From positions 93,434,001-93,498,000 of the forward strand of contig OZ024741.1 of NCBI GenBank assembly GCA_964016885.1: a DNA stretch of 64,000 nucleotides, given 5' to 3'. Position numbers and translations under genes: made by a program. The notes under the pieces are model-generated. The model did no database searches and had not been told where the DNA came from. It was given only the letters and a program-made list of their open reading frames with translations. Position 1 is the stretch's first letter, and each line of letters opens with the position of its first letter. Below are positions 13,732-28,300 of this stretch, in pieces. The DNA is from Eledone cirrhosa. Its lineage: Eukaryota.

Positions 13732-14299
13732 TGTGTGTTTATATATATAAATGAAAATATGAGCAGATTACTATAAACAGTAGCTAAGAAAATTGAGTCA
13801 AATAACCTTAGTAGTGGAAAAAGAAGTGGACAGAAGTCCATGTCTCTCAAATACTGTGTGAACTATGTATATGTGTGTGTTTGTTTCTGTGTTTATCTCC
13901 TGTAATTTAGCAGTTAAAAAAAAAAATCAATAAAATAAGTACCAGACTTGAGTTGATATGGTCAATGAAAATCACTTCAAGGCAGTTCCCTGGCATGGCC
14001 ATAGTCTAATGACTGAAACCAGTAAAACAATAAGGAAAAGACTCATTAGAAAAGGTTGTCCTATTTAACCTTTAAAAATGGGATAACCATGTCTTTAATC
14101 ATTGATCTGCTTGATGAGGATTGCACATGTATTTGTGTTAGCATTTACTTGGGATGGGTTGAGCAAGCTCTAACCAGTGCATTCACAGTATTGTGGACAG
14201 AAGCTGTCCATGCATGGCAATCACAGATGTCCAATGTAGATATTGTCAGCCAGTCATGATTCTAACAGCAGATACTGTATATATGAAGACCAGATATTA

Positions 14300-14960
14300 A
14301 CTCAAGATCAGACTTGATCATGCCAATCCACCTTTTTTTATTGTCTGCCTTGCTGTTTACACTATTGTAGATTAGTTTACCTCATTGGTGATGGAGTGAG
14401 TGACTAAATCAACAGAGGCAACCTTTGAGAAGAAGTTGTTGAAAGAAATCAATCCAGCAGCAATGATGAATTTCAGAGTTTGGCACAAAATCCAATGCTT
14501 GAACCTAAAAGATTTGATGAAGGTAAAAGTGGTCAGAAATGTTCAGCTTGTGTAAATCTATTTCTTTCAATGGCCATATCTCACAACCATAAAGGAAGAT
14601 TGTGTGAACATGTGCTCAATAGATGAAGAATTTTATGGCCAGATGGATCTCTGACCTCTACCAGAGCTGGCTCTTAAGACAACAGAATGTAGCCATCTAT
14701 CTATGTGGCAGTGAAGGTGGTACTGAGAGACTTGGATTGATTAACTTCTTCCAAAATCTCCCTATTGGGTATGATGGGAACCCTTTCAGAAAGCAAGATG
14801 CCAGCAGATACTATCTTCATCTTCATTCAATTGATCTCCATGTCAATATGTGATGTGTACACACCAAAGTATTCAATGGCTGATTGAACATTCATGTAGT
14901 TATTGCTAAATATCAAAAGGTCATTGGCATAGTCAAGATTAGTGATATTGAAACCACAGC
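14300..14960 (-). mobile_element. heavily decayed LINE RT fragment (RTE-like)
   Basis: Minus strand reads YANDLLIFS, EYFGV and a KRWIGMIKSDL-like C-terminus; no long ORF. Confidence 0.45.
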
Positions 14961-16584
14961 AATATCTGGTAAATCCTTCAGGACATTCTCTACAATACAG
15001 TCAATTAGGATTGAAACAACAACTACAGCCTGTTTTTACAATACAATAGTAGGAATTTGACAGGAGTATATATATCTATTAAAATCTCACAGCAGTGAGA
15101 TAAAGCAACAGAAAACAGCAGCATTCTTAAATACAAACAATAAATTAACAGCCATTAGAGTGAAGGGTAAAATACCTTGTGGTATTTGTTCTGCTTCTCT
15201 GTATTCTGAATTCAAATCCTATCAAGGTCAACTTTTCCTTTCATTTATTTTAGTGTATAAAACAAAGTACCAGCTCAGGGTAGTGGATTGCCAAAATTGT
15301 TCTAGTTCTTTGTATTCTAAATTCAAATCCTGCTGCTATTTGAGTGGTAGACTTAATCTATCACCAAGTTTAACATCACCATATGTCCCTTAGGTGACTT
15401 AGTAAAGTCCATTCTGTCACAAGCATTCAGGCCAAGTCTATACTTTGAGGATACCTTCCTCTCTCCCTCCTACTCACTTGTCTTAGAGGCCTTGAAAAGG
15501 GTCATAGGCACTGTTAACTTTGCAGATCATGGGTTGACATGTTATCAGCTTTAATCCTCACCACAAGCACTAACAGATTATAACAATACTGATTTCTTTA
15601 GACTAGGTATAAAGCCAATTTTACAAGGCAACACTACAATCAATTGAATTAGTTTAATTCAATTGATCCTGATCAAGTGTAAGATGAAAAAATATCAAAG
15701 TTAACCAGGCACAATTTGATTAATGTTCCAGAAAGATACTTTACTACTTATAGAAAATAGTATATTTTATTGTATTGAATAACTCTAACCTCAATTAACA
15801 TTAACTCTTTCTTTGTTGTATTTCTAATGAAAGACACTGCTTATTATTTTCAAATAATGTTGAAAATAATCAAGAATTTGAAAGAATTTAGTAAAACTTG
15901 TTCAGTATTAAGTTGGTATTTGGAGCATAGTTTAGTAAAGATTCCTACACTTTAAAACAGTTCTGTATCATAGAACTAGGACTGGCTTTAGGAAGTTTGG
16001 TATAAAATGTGTTAAAGCTTTTCACACAGTAAATGATATAAATTTAACACATTTTAAATTAAAAATAGAAATTAACTATAAAAAAAATGTAGTAGAAAAA
16101 GATCTAATTGGGATTGACCAAGAATTGGGTGAAAAGTTGACTGTATTAAATTTTAGCTAGTCATAACAGACCTAAAACATTAACGCTCTTGTTGAGGTAA
16201 GTAGGTCATGTTTGGAGTATGCCAATGCATAACAATTTGTTTGATAAGATAGAATGATACAGCATGTAAGAGTAACATTTGAACTGAAACCAAACTAGAC
16301 ATGAATACATAAGAGATTTCTTAGCTATCAGTAAGTATCTCCTGAATTCCTTTCAGTGCCACCAACTCCTACAATGTCTCAATATTACTGTGAAGTCCAT
16401 TACCAATGTGGTTTGTAATGTAGGGTAGGATTTGTTTTAAATCTATTACATCTCCATTGAGATATTGCTTTCAATATCATCATCATCACCATTTTACATC
16501 CATTTTCCATGCTTACATAAGTTGGAAGGGTTGTCACATTGAGACAAAATAGGTCAGATGACCATGCTTTGCTCACATGTTCCA

Positions 16585-17052
16585 TTTCGGTATGGTTTCT
16601 ACAACTGGATGCCCTTCCTAATGCCAATCAATTTACAAAGTGTACTAGGTGCATTTTATCATAGCACCAGCATTACCACTTTACAGAAAGTGGCTGAGTG
16701 TATTTTATTGTAGTACCAGCACTACCACATTACAGCATGCACTGGATACATTCTATTATAGTGATAACAGTACCACTGTACATAGTGTGTTGGGTGAATT
16801 TTATCATGGCACTAGCACTAACATTTCAAGTGGGCTGGATGCATGTTCTCGTAACAAAGGTACTACTAGATTACAGAGTGAGCTGAGTGCATTTTATTGT
16901 GGCACCAGCACTACTTTACAAAGTGGGCTGGGTGGATTTTATTGGAGCACCAGTGCTACCAATTTACAGAGTGGGCTGGATACATATTATCGTGACACCA
17001 ACACTACCACTTTAAAGAGTGGATTGGATACATTTTATCATGGCACCAACAA
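16585..17052 (-). repeat. related tandem repeat in opposite orientation
   Basis: Unit like ttttatcatggcaccagcactaccactttacagagtgggctgg; a similar short array at 26890-27150. Confidence 0.8.
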
Positions 17053-17584
17053 ATAACTTTTCATAACATGGATTGCATAGACACAATTCATGGCATTATA
17101 GATTCCTAAGAACTTCTAGTGGTAGAATACTGATATGGAAAGAAATGTCTAAACTTTCAGAAAAAAGCAGACTCATTCCTCCACTGCATGCCTCAATTTA
17201 AAATTTAATCAATTAGGATTTTAGAGATATCTCCATTGCCTTTTTTGGTAAGAATTATCATTAACCCTTTTGTTACGATATTTCTAATGAAAGACAGGCT
17301 TCATGTAGTCAATCATATCAACCCCAGTAATTATTTTATTGATCTCTTTTTATCGAACCTCTAAATTTTGGGACACGAACATAAATATAGACATGAACAT
17401 ACATGCACACATATACACACACACACATACATGGTTTACAATAAGTACATATTGTAAGAAGCAGCTAACTGAATTAGAAAGGCATCCAGCTGCAAAACGC
17501 TGCCCCAAGAGATTCTGTTCAGTCTTTGCCGGTATGAAAAGGTCAATGTAAAAATGATATATATATACATACAAACACACACAC

Positions 17585-17637
<53 letters not shown>

Positions 17638-18132
17638 GAAGGATATTTTACCAATAGGTTAAGGAGATTGGAGCCATACATGAAGTCATCCCTCACCAAT
17701 AATCTGAAAGGTCACCCCTTGTGCTTTCATAGATCTAGGAATGCTGAAACACACAAAGTGTGTGGGATTTAGTTTGCGAAGGTCACCTGATAGATACAAA
17801 GGAAAGTAGTAGATATGAATGAATATTTGAACCTATTTTAACATGTATTTAATGCTTTCATATTTCTAATGAAAGATACTACCTATGATTTTCAAATCAT
17901 TTAAAAAATAATGAAGAACTTTAGAGGGATTTAGTAATATAACATTTTCATTATTAAGTTGCTGTTAGGAGTTATAACTTATGATGGAAAGTTTTTTTTT
18001 TAGATATATATAAACACTTTAAAATAAAGTTTTGTATGTAGAAGCAGGGATGGTTTCAGGCAGTTTAATATCAAAGGGGTAGTGCTGGTGTCACAAAAAA
18101 TGCATCCGAACAATGAGCATATATGACTCAGT

Positions 18133-18545
18133 CTAAACTACATCTAATGCTACAGTGACATCATCAAGAAAGGATCTGTATTGGGAACCCTTGTTTAGTG
18201 CATAAACCTGCACCACCCACAGAGACCCATCTTTCAACCTAAGCTTCAAGAGGCAAATCCTCTCTCCTAATGGTATCCAGTCCATAACACATTCTGATAG
18301 CCGGGGGGGGGGGGGGGGGGGGCTTGTGAGCATCCCCACTCCAGCCTGTGCAGACATTTCTGGCACCATACCTGAATGGTGGAGTTTCCATCCTCCATCC
18401 AAATCTACAGCACCAAAGCCACGAAACTGTTGAGAAAATTCAGATTATATCCAGTCGGTAGCATCTTGTCCCCTCCACTAGTTCCTGCTCCTTACCTGTA
18501 AGGGTTGTGATGTTTCAGGTTCCAATTATGAAAGTTTGCTCCCTT
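18133..18545 (-). mobile_element. RTE-like LINE AP-endonuclease fragment
   Basis: DGGWKLHHSG...AQAGVGML...WIPLGERICLLKLRL...VVQVYA. Confidence 0.8.
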
Positions 18546-19122
18546 CCGAACTCTCTTTGGGAGTCTTGGTATTTGCACTCTTTGTGTGTCTATCCCATGC
18601 CTCCCAAGACAGGTCACAAGCCCATCAGCAGATTTTACAGCATGAAATGGGGACTGTACTATATTTTTCAAACAGGCCCCTCTACCATATGATGCCATAT
18701 GATTATTTTTCTTACCTCTCACCATATTGCAGTTTTGGTGGTCTTATTTGTGCCAGTCACTTTTTCAAACCCAAATTGGTCACTCTGACCCATCTGTTCC
18801 TGGACTTTGACAACCCATTAAACACTTGCCAGTGAGGAAAGCGGACATAAAATGATTATGATGATGATACATATATCAATGTATTTATTTTGAATTTATT
18901 TTTCATATGTATAAGTGTCTCTATACATACATGTAGGTATATTTTCAAAAGTATTAACTTATGTTGGATTCACTTTAAATAGTTATATAGAAAATGATAT
19001 GACAGAAAAGAAGGACCAGCTGTTAATATGTTAATGGTGAAAAAGGGAAAAAGGGGGGAAATTTTTACATATATCTGGTTGATTTAAGAAGCATTAAAAC
19101 ATTTGGAATATAGACATCCCAA

Positions 19123-19487
19123 TGTAGATGACTACAATATTAGTTGATCACTACAGAGATAATAGAGATGCCTGTGTGAAATTGACCCCTGCATTTCTCA
19201 GATGCCAAACGAGTGTGTCAACCACCATGTCAAAGAATCTTTAGCCCCTGATTGTCATCTAAGCAGTGGGTCATCATAAGGGAGGCCTTACTATTTCAAG
19301 GTAATTTTTTGTTATGCATGCATTTCAGAAGGTCAAGTGGAGTTTTCCTATGTCTGAAGATGTCACTGGTTCTTCTCCATGAGGTCCAGCTGAGAAATCT
19401 GTTGAATAAAGATTTTCTTCTTTTGTCTCTAGCCTCTAATAATATCATTAAATACTCGTTCTGCTAAAGTGGTGACCCTGACGTGAT
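19123..19487 (+). mobile_element. LTR remnant followed by tRNA-Trp primer-binding site
   Basis: TGGTGACCCTGACGTGAT at 19470-19487 is a 17/18 match to the complement of the tRNA-Trp 3' end; AATAAA upstream; the left boundary (TGTAG) is tentative. Confidence 0.55.
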
Positions 19488-19630
19488 GTGAGAAAATTAA
19501 CTTCCCCAAGGTAATATCACTTCACACTCTGGCATAGTTTCTCTCACTCACTGAGATCGACTTCACTTACTTGCCAACAACAACAACTAACAAAATATAA
19601 CATTAGCTAAAGACTTATCTGCTATACATA

Positions 19631-19660
<30 letters not shown>

Positions 19661-19661
<1 letters not shown>

Positions 19662-22064
19662 GTAATGGATAAATATCAGCAGGCTCCACAGGTATCTGAT
19701 TGTAAGCTCGCACAAGATCGATCTTCGAAAATATTCGAGCTCCGTGCAGCGAACTAGAGAAGTCCTGTAGATGAGGCATTGGATACGAGTCAGGCACGGT
19801 GCAGTTGTTCAGTGCATGGTAGTCACCACAGATTCGCCAGTCATTCGACGACTTCTTGGGTACACAGTGTATGGCTGAGAACGAGTTGCTGCTGGATGGA
19901 CGTATGATACCGAGATCCAGCATGTGCTGAAATTCTTGTTTGACGGACTTCAGACGATCTGGTGGTAGCCTTCTTGGTCATGCAACGACAGGTGGCCCGT
20001 GTGTTTTTATGTGGTGGGTGACGTGTTTTATAGGGCAGGCGTTGAATACTGGTCGAGCTATATCTGGGTTGTTGTTGCCGATTGTGAAATGACTGGACTG
20101 ACTGTGGCTGTCCGAGTGGCTATGCCGCGCACAGTGAGACCAGTGGAGTTGTCAACGAGTCATCGGTTTTTTAGGTTCACTAGTAGTGAGAAGTGCTGAA
20201 GAAAATCAGCTCCTAAAATAGGGGTCCGCAGCTTAGCCACAACGAATACCCACTGGAAGGTGCGGCGTAGTCCTAAATTCAGTGTCAGGGACTGGTCTCT
20301 GTAAGTTGGAATAGGTAAATGATTCACAGCTTGGAGCCAGGTTGGTGTTTCTTTCCTTTTTCTAGGGACGAAGGAAACCAGGATAATGCTGACTTCAGCA
20401 CCGGTGTCGACCAGGAAACATGTGCCTGTGACATGATCTCGAATGAAAAACAGGCGACTTTGGTTATTAGGGCCAGAAACGTTCGTCGCATTCAGTTTCT
20501 GGCTGTGTAGTTTCCTTGATTCGATATTGACACAAATAAACAGGGAAGGCTGCACTTGCGTGCCCATCTTCCAAATTTTTGGTGGTACCAACACATTGCT
20601 GGTGAATAACAGGATGCACTCGGACTTCTAGAGCGACCACCGAATCGTTGAGGTCGACTATTAGATCGACGCGTGGATGGGTTACCCAGTGACAAGGCCT
20701 GAATTTGTTGCATCAGGGCCTGTATCTAAGTTGCTTACTGTGACAGTAAATGGTGTAAATCGGGCATCCCTGTAACACTGAAGGGCTGAAGGAAAGGATT
20801 AGTGAAAGGCACGGCTGGCATCACATTTGCTAAAGTCGAGTGCGAATGTGGTACATCCATGATTTTATCTGCCAGCTCAGCAAGTTCTTCAATGGATGTG
20901 AACTCCCTAGTGGACGCTAGAACAACTTGTGTGACAGAAGATAAACACTGGAGGAAGAGTTGTTTGAAAATTTCATCCAGAAGTTATGTTCTCCCAGGAG
21001 CTGCTTCATTCACCATAGGAGTTGCGTCGGCTTTTTGTCTCCTAATTTCTCCGATATAAGGAGCTGATGCAAGCGCTTCTGCTGTGACTCCGACATCCTC
21101 TTGATTAATGTGGCTTTGAATGTGTCATATGACACAGAACCGGGTGGTGCTAAAATGAGGTCTCGAACTACATTCATGATTTCCGGATACATCAAACCAA
21201 TGACATGTGTTAGACTAGCTGCCTCGCTAACAATCTGGGTCGATGCGAACTGTGCTTCTATGTGCGCAAACCATAGTATTAGATCATGCACCCAGAATGG
21301 TGGTATCCTCAATGTAAACGCCGCCCGGACTGCCATTTCTGCCGTAGATGAGTCGTCGTGTGTTAGGGACATCGTTTGTAGTGAATAGTGAGAAGGTTGT
21401 GTGTTCATTTCACAGGGTCACCAGTTGTAATGGATAAGTTGTATTCTTTGTATGGTGAAAAGAATAATGCCAGGATTGTGTTGTTTACAATGTTTATTTT
21501 ACAATAACAATATTCAATTTGAACATCAAATGATAAAATTTATAACATGAAAATATCCGTACAATAAGTTGGTAGCTCTATGAGCCACGTAAATGCAAGT
21601 ATCACAAAATACGATATAGTATAATTTGTGTTGTATCTTAAAGATACAATATGACAAAAAGAAAGGGTGAGTGTAAAATGCAAACAATATGAACTTACTA
21701 TGTGTGTGTATTAGTATACGTTATTGTCTTAGTAGTAGTAGTGTTCAATCAGTCAGGCAGGAATGGCATGTGAGAAAATAGTGGATAGACTGGTTTTTCG
21801 TGAAGAGAAATTTCACAATGTTAGTGATCTCTTCTCTCGTCTGTGTAATCACTCTTTCTGCCGGGTACAAAAAAATCCTTGTATTTATAATCTCATTAAA
21901 GTTAGAAGGATGGATATATGATCTGGTCTGTGGTTAGCATCTCCCAAGGGGTTGGGGTCACAGGTCAAATGGAATGTCATCCATCATTGTTGACAGGACA
22001 AAGGCGTGAACTTCCAACGATAGGCTTGTCCCAGAGGCGGGAAAGCTCAGATTCAGTATTCCGT

Positions 22065-22068
<4 letters not shown>
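19661..22068 (-). mobile_element. internally deleted CsRn1-like Gypsy element
   Basis: 5' LTR ~21426-22068, PBS TGGTGACCCTG at 21423, gag (IPPFW...WFAHIEAQF; CHCC motif CWYHQKFGRWARKCSLPC), protease FLVDTGAEVS, RT to [13 protein letters not shown], then truncated; frameshifts present. Confidence 0.9.
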
Positions 22069-22119
<51 letters not shown>

Positions 22120-23413
22120 AATGTGGAATAGAGTGAGAATTAAAGTGTAGGTTGAGGTAGGAGTATACAATACTGACTAAAGTAGAAGAAAAAGAGTGAG
22201 AGTGATAGTGTTGAAGAATGAAAGGCGGAGGTAGAGCACTCGCACAAACAAGTGAATATCGTCTGCTGAGCATTTGTGCAAAATTTTCTTTTCCCTAATT
22301 CTTCGTCTTTGTTTACAAATGGAATAATAATTGTTTCTACTTTTGGCACAAGGCCAGCAATTACTCAGTACATTACTGGTACTTTATTTTATCGACCCCG
22401 TAAGGATGAAAGGCAAAGTTAACCTCGACAGGATTTGAACTCAGAACGCAAAGGGACGTAACTATGCTAGAAAGCATGGCGTCCGAGCCTCTACTGATAC
22501 TGCCAATTCGATATATGAAAGTATATATTCCTTTTCTAAATTCTATTTTCCTTTTTCCAAAATCACCGCTTTATTTGTAGGATATATTAAATTCAGTTTT
22601 TTTTTTCCGATTTACTGGAAAGTATGTAAATGTGACATTTTTATATACTAAATGTGTATATATACATATTGAGGCAGTGTTGGTAATTCCGTTCTGTATA
22701 AACTGTATACAGATATGAATTTATCATATATTTACAATGTTACATGTGTAGTGGATTCATTTATTTATTATTATAAATACATTTTTATTTATCGACCTAC
22801 AGTTTACTTGTCATATATAATATATATATATATATTATATATATTATTCTCAGACCGGGTGATATGTTGTTTCCTTGAGCAAGACACTTTATTTCACATT
22901 GCTCCAGTTTACTCAGCTGTAGAAATGAGATGATAGGGACTGGGGTCCATATCATTCCACTGCAAAGTGGTCGTGGAGGTGCCACAGCAAAAAAGCACCC
23001 AGCACTCACTGTAAATGAGGTTGGGGTTAGGAAGGGCATCCAGCTGTAGAAATCAAGCCAGAATCAGTTCCCGTCCCACCCTTGCAAGCAGGGAAAAGCA
23101 GACGTAAGATGAAATTATATAGTTGTTTCTACTTTTGGCACAAGGCCAGCAATTACCCCAGTACATTACTGGTACTTTATTTTATCGACCTTGTAAGGAT
23201 GAAAGGTAAAGTTAACCTCGACGGGATTTGAACTCAGAATGACGGGATTTGAACACTATGCGTCAAAGCATGGCGTATATATTATATAGTGTCGGTTATT
23301 TAGTAAAGTATGTTAATTACTGTAGGTGTCATCAATATGAGTAAAGCCATTACTTGAACAATTGAAGGTGTGTTCAAATTGTGTCAGTGTGTTATGTTTG
23401 TAGTCAACTGAGT

Positions 23414-23465
<52 letters not shown>

Positions 23466-23679
23466 AAATTAACATGTGCAGTTAAAAACTCACATTTCCT
23501 TATAATCAAATAAGCTCAAGGAAAAAATTCCGAACTCTTTATAACACAGTAAAGAGAAAAGAACACACATATATATATGTGTTCATCCCTTTTTACTGTT
23601 TTATATATATATATAATTATATGTATACACACATGCGTGGATGCGTGTATGTGTATATTTAATTATTGTTTATTTCAAT

Positions 23680-26540
23680 AACCTCTGTCATTTTCGTTCT
23701 ACTATTTTATTTACATTATTCTTAACTTTGAAGCCGAGAATCATTCGGTTTCCTAAATAGAATATTAGTCTACGACTTCATTTAACCGATAAACGTGATT
23801 TTGTCTTTGTGTGTAATTGTTCTCTTCGCTCCATATAATGACGTATTATCTTCGTTTTTTTCCATTCATTGCCAGGGAACGTCTTCCTGTTTTCCTTCGG
23901 TTGCAATGTTTTTCGAAATATTTACTTCTGCGTTCACAGATTGATTTTTTAGTTTCAGAAGATCCCGTTAAGGGTGAAAGCAGCGATTCTTTGCTTAAAC
24001 TTTAATCTGTTATTTTAATAAATATTTGCTCTAGGGTTCTTATATATTTGATATATATTTTTCCTTATCAAGCCCTCTTTGGATTTTAGTCTTCAAATTT
24101 ATTATTATTACTATTTGGCTCCCTCAGTTGAGCACTCTATTGACTTATATTCATCATGCAGAAAGAACATCTGAATATTTCTACAAAGAACATACCCGTA
24201 CCAAGTAAGAAGACATACCTAAAATTCCTGATACAGAAAACGGACTCGTTCCTTAAAAGGTTGCGTTGGCGTGCCTTTTATTTCGATAATCAGGAAAAAG
24301 CGGACAATAAACAGGATAAATTTGGGTTTAAAACTTATAATAACCCTCTGAGTAACACAGCATTGCTACCCTTCGAAAACGATGTCTTGGAACTCATACG
24401 GAGTATCAAATTTCGGAATAGGAGCAATTCCTTCCAGCAGGACCTGAAGAATAGAATTCGTTCTATTAAGGATTCTAATATGTGCACGTCCACTCCGACA
24501 AAACTGGCAATCTATATCAAGTGGAGCGCAGTACTTACCACCATCTGCTACATAAAGCTGTAACTAAGGATTACCGGAAAACTAATCGGAGTGTTATTAA
24601 TGACATCAACGATGCTGGGTTTAAACTCATCTCTGAACTCAACACCCAGGACCGGACTGAACCTCTGGACCCTATTTCTCCACACTTTACTCTGAAGGAT
24701 CATAAACCCAATTACGCCAGCAACCCCTCTATTCGACTTATTAACCCTACGAAGTCCGATTTAGGTAGACTTAGTAAAAGGATTTTAGATAGAATTATAC
24801 CTGCAATTAGAAGCTTGGCCCCTCTTGCACTGTGGAACAATTCTTTCGCAATGATTGATTGGTTCAATGTCATATGCAACAAGGAACATTGCCGTTTTAT
24901 ACAATTCGACATCAATAACTACTACTCCTCCATCACTTTACCACTTCTTCTTAGAGTTATCAATTTCGCTAAAACACTCACGGTGGTTAAGGATTTCGAA
25001 GTTGATGTCATCCTCAATGCCCGTAAGTCGGTGATTAATTTCGATGACCCTATTTGGATTAAAAAATCTAATAGTACCCCATTCGACGTGAGTATGGGTG
25101 CCAGCGATTCGGCGGAGGTTACTGATCTTATCGGCCTTTTCCTTCTTTTCTCTATCAAGGAAGAATTCCGCAATGTGGGCGATGGTTTGTACCATGATGA
25201 CAGTCTTTTGACCATGAAAAGTGTGGTCCACGCGCTTGCAACAGGTTCAGAAAAGAACTCACAGCCTTCTTTAAAGGCTTCAACCTCTCCATACAGGTTA
25301 AGGCCAACCTCTCGGTCGTTAATTACCTCAACGTTACCCTCAATTTGTCGAATGGCTTGCACTACACATATAGAAAGCCAAATGATACGCTTAATTACAT
25401 AAGAAAGCATTCTAACCATCCTGCCAGTATAACCAAGAGCCTGGTAAGAAACGTTTCTTTGAGGCTTTCCCGTCTATCTACAAACGAGCATATTTTCACC
25501 GACCATTCCACATATTACAATGAAGCTCTTGTTTGGAGTGGATTTGTCGATAAGGTAGCATATACTAAGAATGAGCATAAACCAAGGAAAAATAGATCCT
25601 GACGCATTATATGGTATAACCCACCATATAATATGGAGGTGGCCACACCATTAGCTAAGATCTTTCTCTCCCTTATTAAGAAGCATTTCCCTTCAGCACA
25701 TAAATATAATAACATTTTTAATAGAAATACCATTAAAATATCTTACTCTACGACTCCTAATTTTGCACATAACATCACTGCTTCAAATTTAGCTAAATTA
25801 CCTAGCCGTAGGAACACGTGCAACCCTGTAGCTAGTACTAACTGTAATTGCAGGAATCGGGTTGACTGCTCTCTATCTGGGAAATGCCTCTCCAGTAACA
25901 TTGTCTACAAATGTAAGGTCGAAACACCCACGTCCCGTAGGGCCTACATAGGGTTAACCGCCAATAGATTCAAGCAGCGTCTTTACATGCACACCCATTA
26001 TTTTCTTAACCCTTTAAGAAGGAATATGACGTCACTTTCAGCTTATATCTGGAGTCTAAAAGACAACCACACCCAATATAGGTTTCATTGGGCGATCCTA
26101 GCTAAGGCTAGATCGTATAACGGAAAAAGAAGACCATGTGATCTTTGTGCCGCTGAAGCCCTGGAAATACTCTATGCCAATGTCCACATCTTAAACAAAA
26201 AATCTGAGGCAATTTCGGCTTGTAAACATAAATTGCATAAAACTTTCCTGTATTACAGCCCCACATTATACCCTAATGGATAGTACGAACAATACACGGA
26301 TAATTTATGTCTTGATGTGTTAGCTAAGTATATTCTATGTTTATACCATTACTTATTTGTATAGGTACGAATACCTTACCCGTATGTTTTGTGAAGGTAC
26401 GTATACTTTCTCGTACGTATATTTGCATGTATTTGTTATAGGTGTATATATTATATTAAATATACTGGTTATATACTGTACCGATTAAATATACTTCCAT
26501 ATACTGTACCGATTGTGATGTTATTTCTGTTTACCTTTTA
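23680..26540 (+). mobile_element. Penelope-like element (Naiad-type), disrupted RT plus GIY-YIG ORF at 24156-26283
   Basis: STKNIPVP, DKTGNLY, TLKDHK, RLINPTKSDLG, QFDI, YHDD, IIWYNPPY, NCNCR..C..GKCL, NIVY...YIG, CDLC; two frameshifts and one TGA; (TA)n on both sides; outer limits approximate. Confidence 0.9.
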
Positions 26541-27599
26541 CATTATATATATATATATATATATATAAAGAGAGAGAGAGAGAAGAAGATAAAATTAACA
26601 TATGGGCAGAAGGAGGAGTATACATTTCCAGAGGCTCAGAACGCTATATTGAACACGTGCATACACACACATTTTCACAAATAAACACATGCACGCCACA
26701 AGTAATAATCGTCTGCTGAAAGTTTAGGTTATCTTAACGTAAGGATTCGTATGTTATTTTTCATGAATGGAACATATGAGAATATAAACAGAGCATCATC
26801 ATCATCATCGTTTAACGTCCATTTTCCACGCTAGCATGGGTCTGGACGGGAATTGTCCCACTTGAGGCAAGATTGGTTGTCTTGCTCAGAACTGTCTGCC
26901 CTTCCTAACACCAACCACGTTTACAGTGTGGACTGGGAGGTTTTTACCGTGTTACCTACATGGCCACATTACAGCGTGGACTGTGTGTTTTATTGTCGTG
27001 ACACCTACACGTCTGGCGGGTTTTCTACGGCTGGGTGCCCTTCCCAACACCAACCACGTTTACAGTGTGTACTGGGAGGTTTTTACCGTGTTACCTACAC
27101 AGCCACATTACAGCATGGACTGTGTGTTTTTTTGTCGTGACACCTACACGACCTCATTTGTTTCGGACTGGATGTTGTGGTACCAACATAACTTCACATT
27201 TAAGGGGGTGGTGTGGATGGGGTGGAGGTAGTGGGACGGGGGTGTATTTTGTTAGAGGTGCCTACTGACTGTAGGTTTCGCTTTGTACTTAGGCAAGGCG
27301 GGTCTTCTGTATAACTGTGTAACGCCAAAGATCTCGGTCTAGTAACATTGTCTTGGAGAGGTGTAAGTGTGTGAGGTCGGCATTTATCAAGTCGTCCCAG
27401 GTTTTTCTGGGTCTACCTACTCCGTGGCTACCATCTATTTTTATTGCCCTGCATATAAATAAATTTACAGTAGAATAACATAAATGTTTTAAATATATAC
27501 ATAAATAACATTACAAATGCTTCGGTAACACTATAAAGGATGATACAATGAAAGATATATTCTTTTAATGTTACAATATTAAAGAAAATGTAAAGGAAG

Positions 27600-28300
27600 G
27601 GGTGAACAACAGAGCCAACACCAGAGCAAAAGACAGCAACATCGCGAGTACTGGGCAACCGCTCTAATGATTTTTGAGGCGAGGCTGATGCGCTGAAACA
27701 GCCAAGCACCCTCGCGAGATTCGCCAGTCACCTCTATTAGGCGAGCCGCCAGTGAATAAAGGAAGCTCGCAGTCAGGGGCCCGACTCTCCCAAATGTCTC
27801 AAAAGTCACAGGCTGAAAAATGTAGCTGGCCGACAGATCAGAGTATTTGAGGGTCTTACTCCGCTCGGCTGCAGAAGCTGTGGCTCTCGTCCTAACCGCA
27901 GCATCTAGCATGTGGGAAAGAGCAAAAGAGTCACAGTGACGTCCCAGACAAGGCACCTGCCTCTTGACCAGGGGCAGAGGGTAAGACCGTCAGGTCTTTT
28001 ATCGTCACTTCTGGACAACCCAAATGGTTCCAAGAGGGGATATTCGCCCGGGCCAAAGCTCTCTTCAGAATGAGGTTTAGCTCAGTGTGACGCGCGAAGC
28101 GGCCGGCATTCAGGTGGCAAGAAAAACCGTGGAGGCCTGTAGAGTCGAGGAGTTTGCCGCATCGGCACTTCAAACCCATGCAGACGTCAGCTCCCACTCT
28201 GAGGGCGATGGAGACACGAAGTTCGTCCAGGCTGAGTAGGCCACCAACGTTGGCCACGGGTAGGGCATCAACCCAGTCGCCTGAGTATTTGGCGCTGGCA
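27600..28300 (-). mobile_element. CRE-like non-LTR element fragment (distinct family)
   Basis: CRCG...HGFSC...RHTELN, KTLKYSDL, PVTFETFG, WLFQRISLA. Confidence 0.8.

Noticed and set aside
25600-25602. In-frame TGA in the Naiad-like ORF as possible selenocysteine
   Set aside because: It lies in a basic tract (KNRS*RIIW) where Arg is expected, so CGA>TGA decay is likelier. The Cys motifs use normal codons and the copy is also frameshifted.
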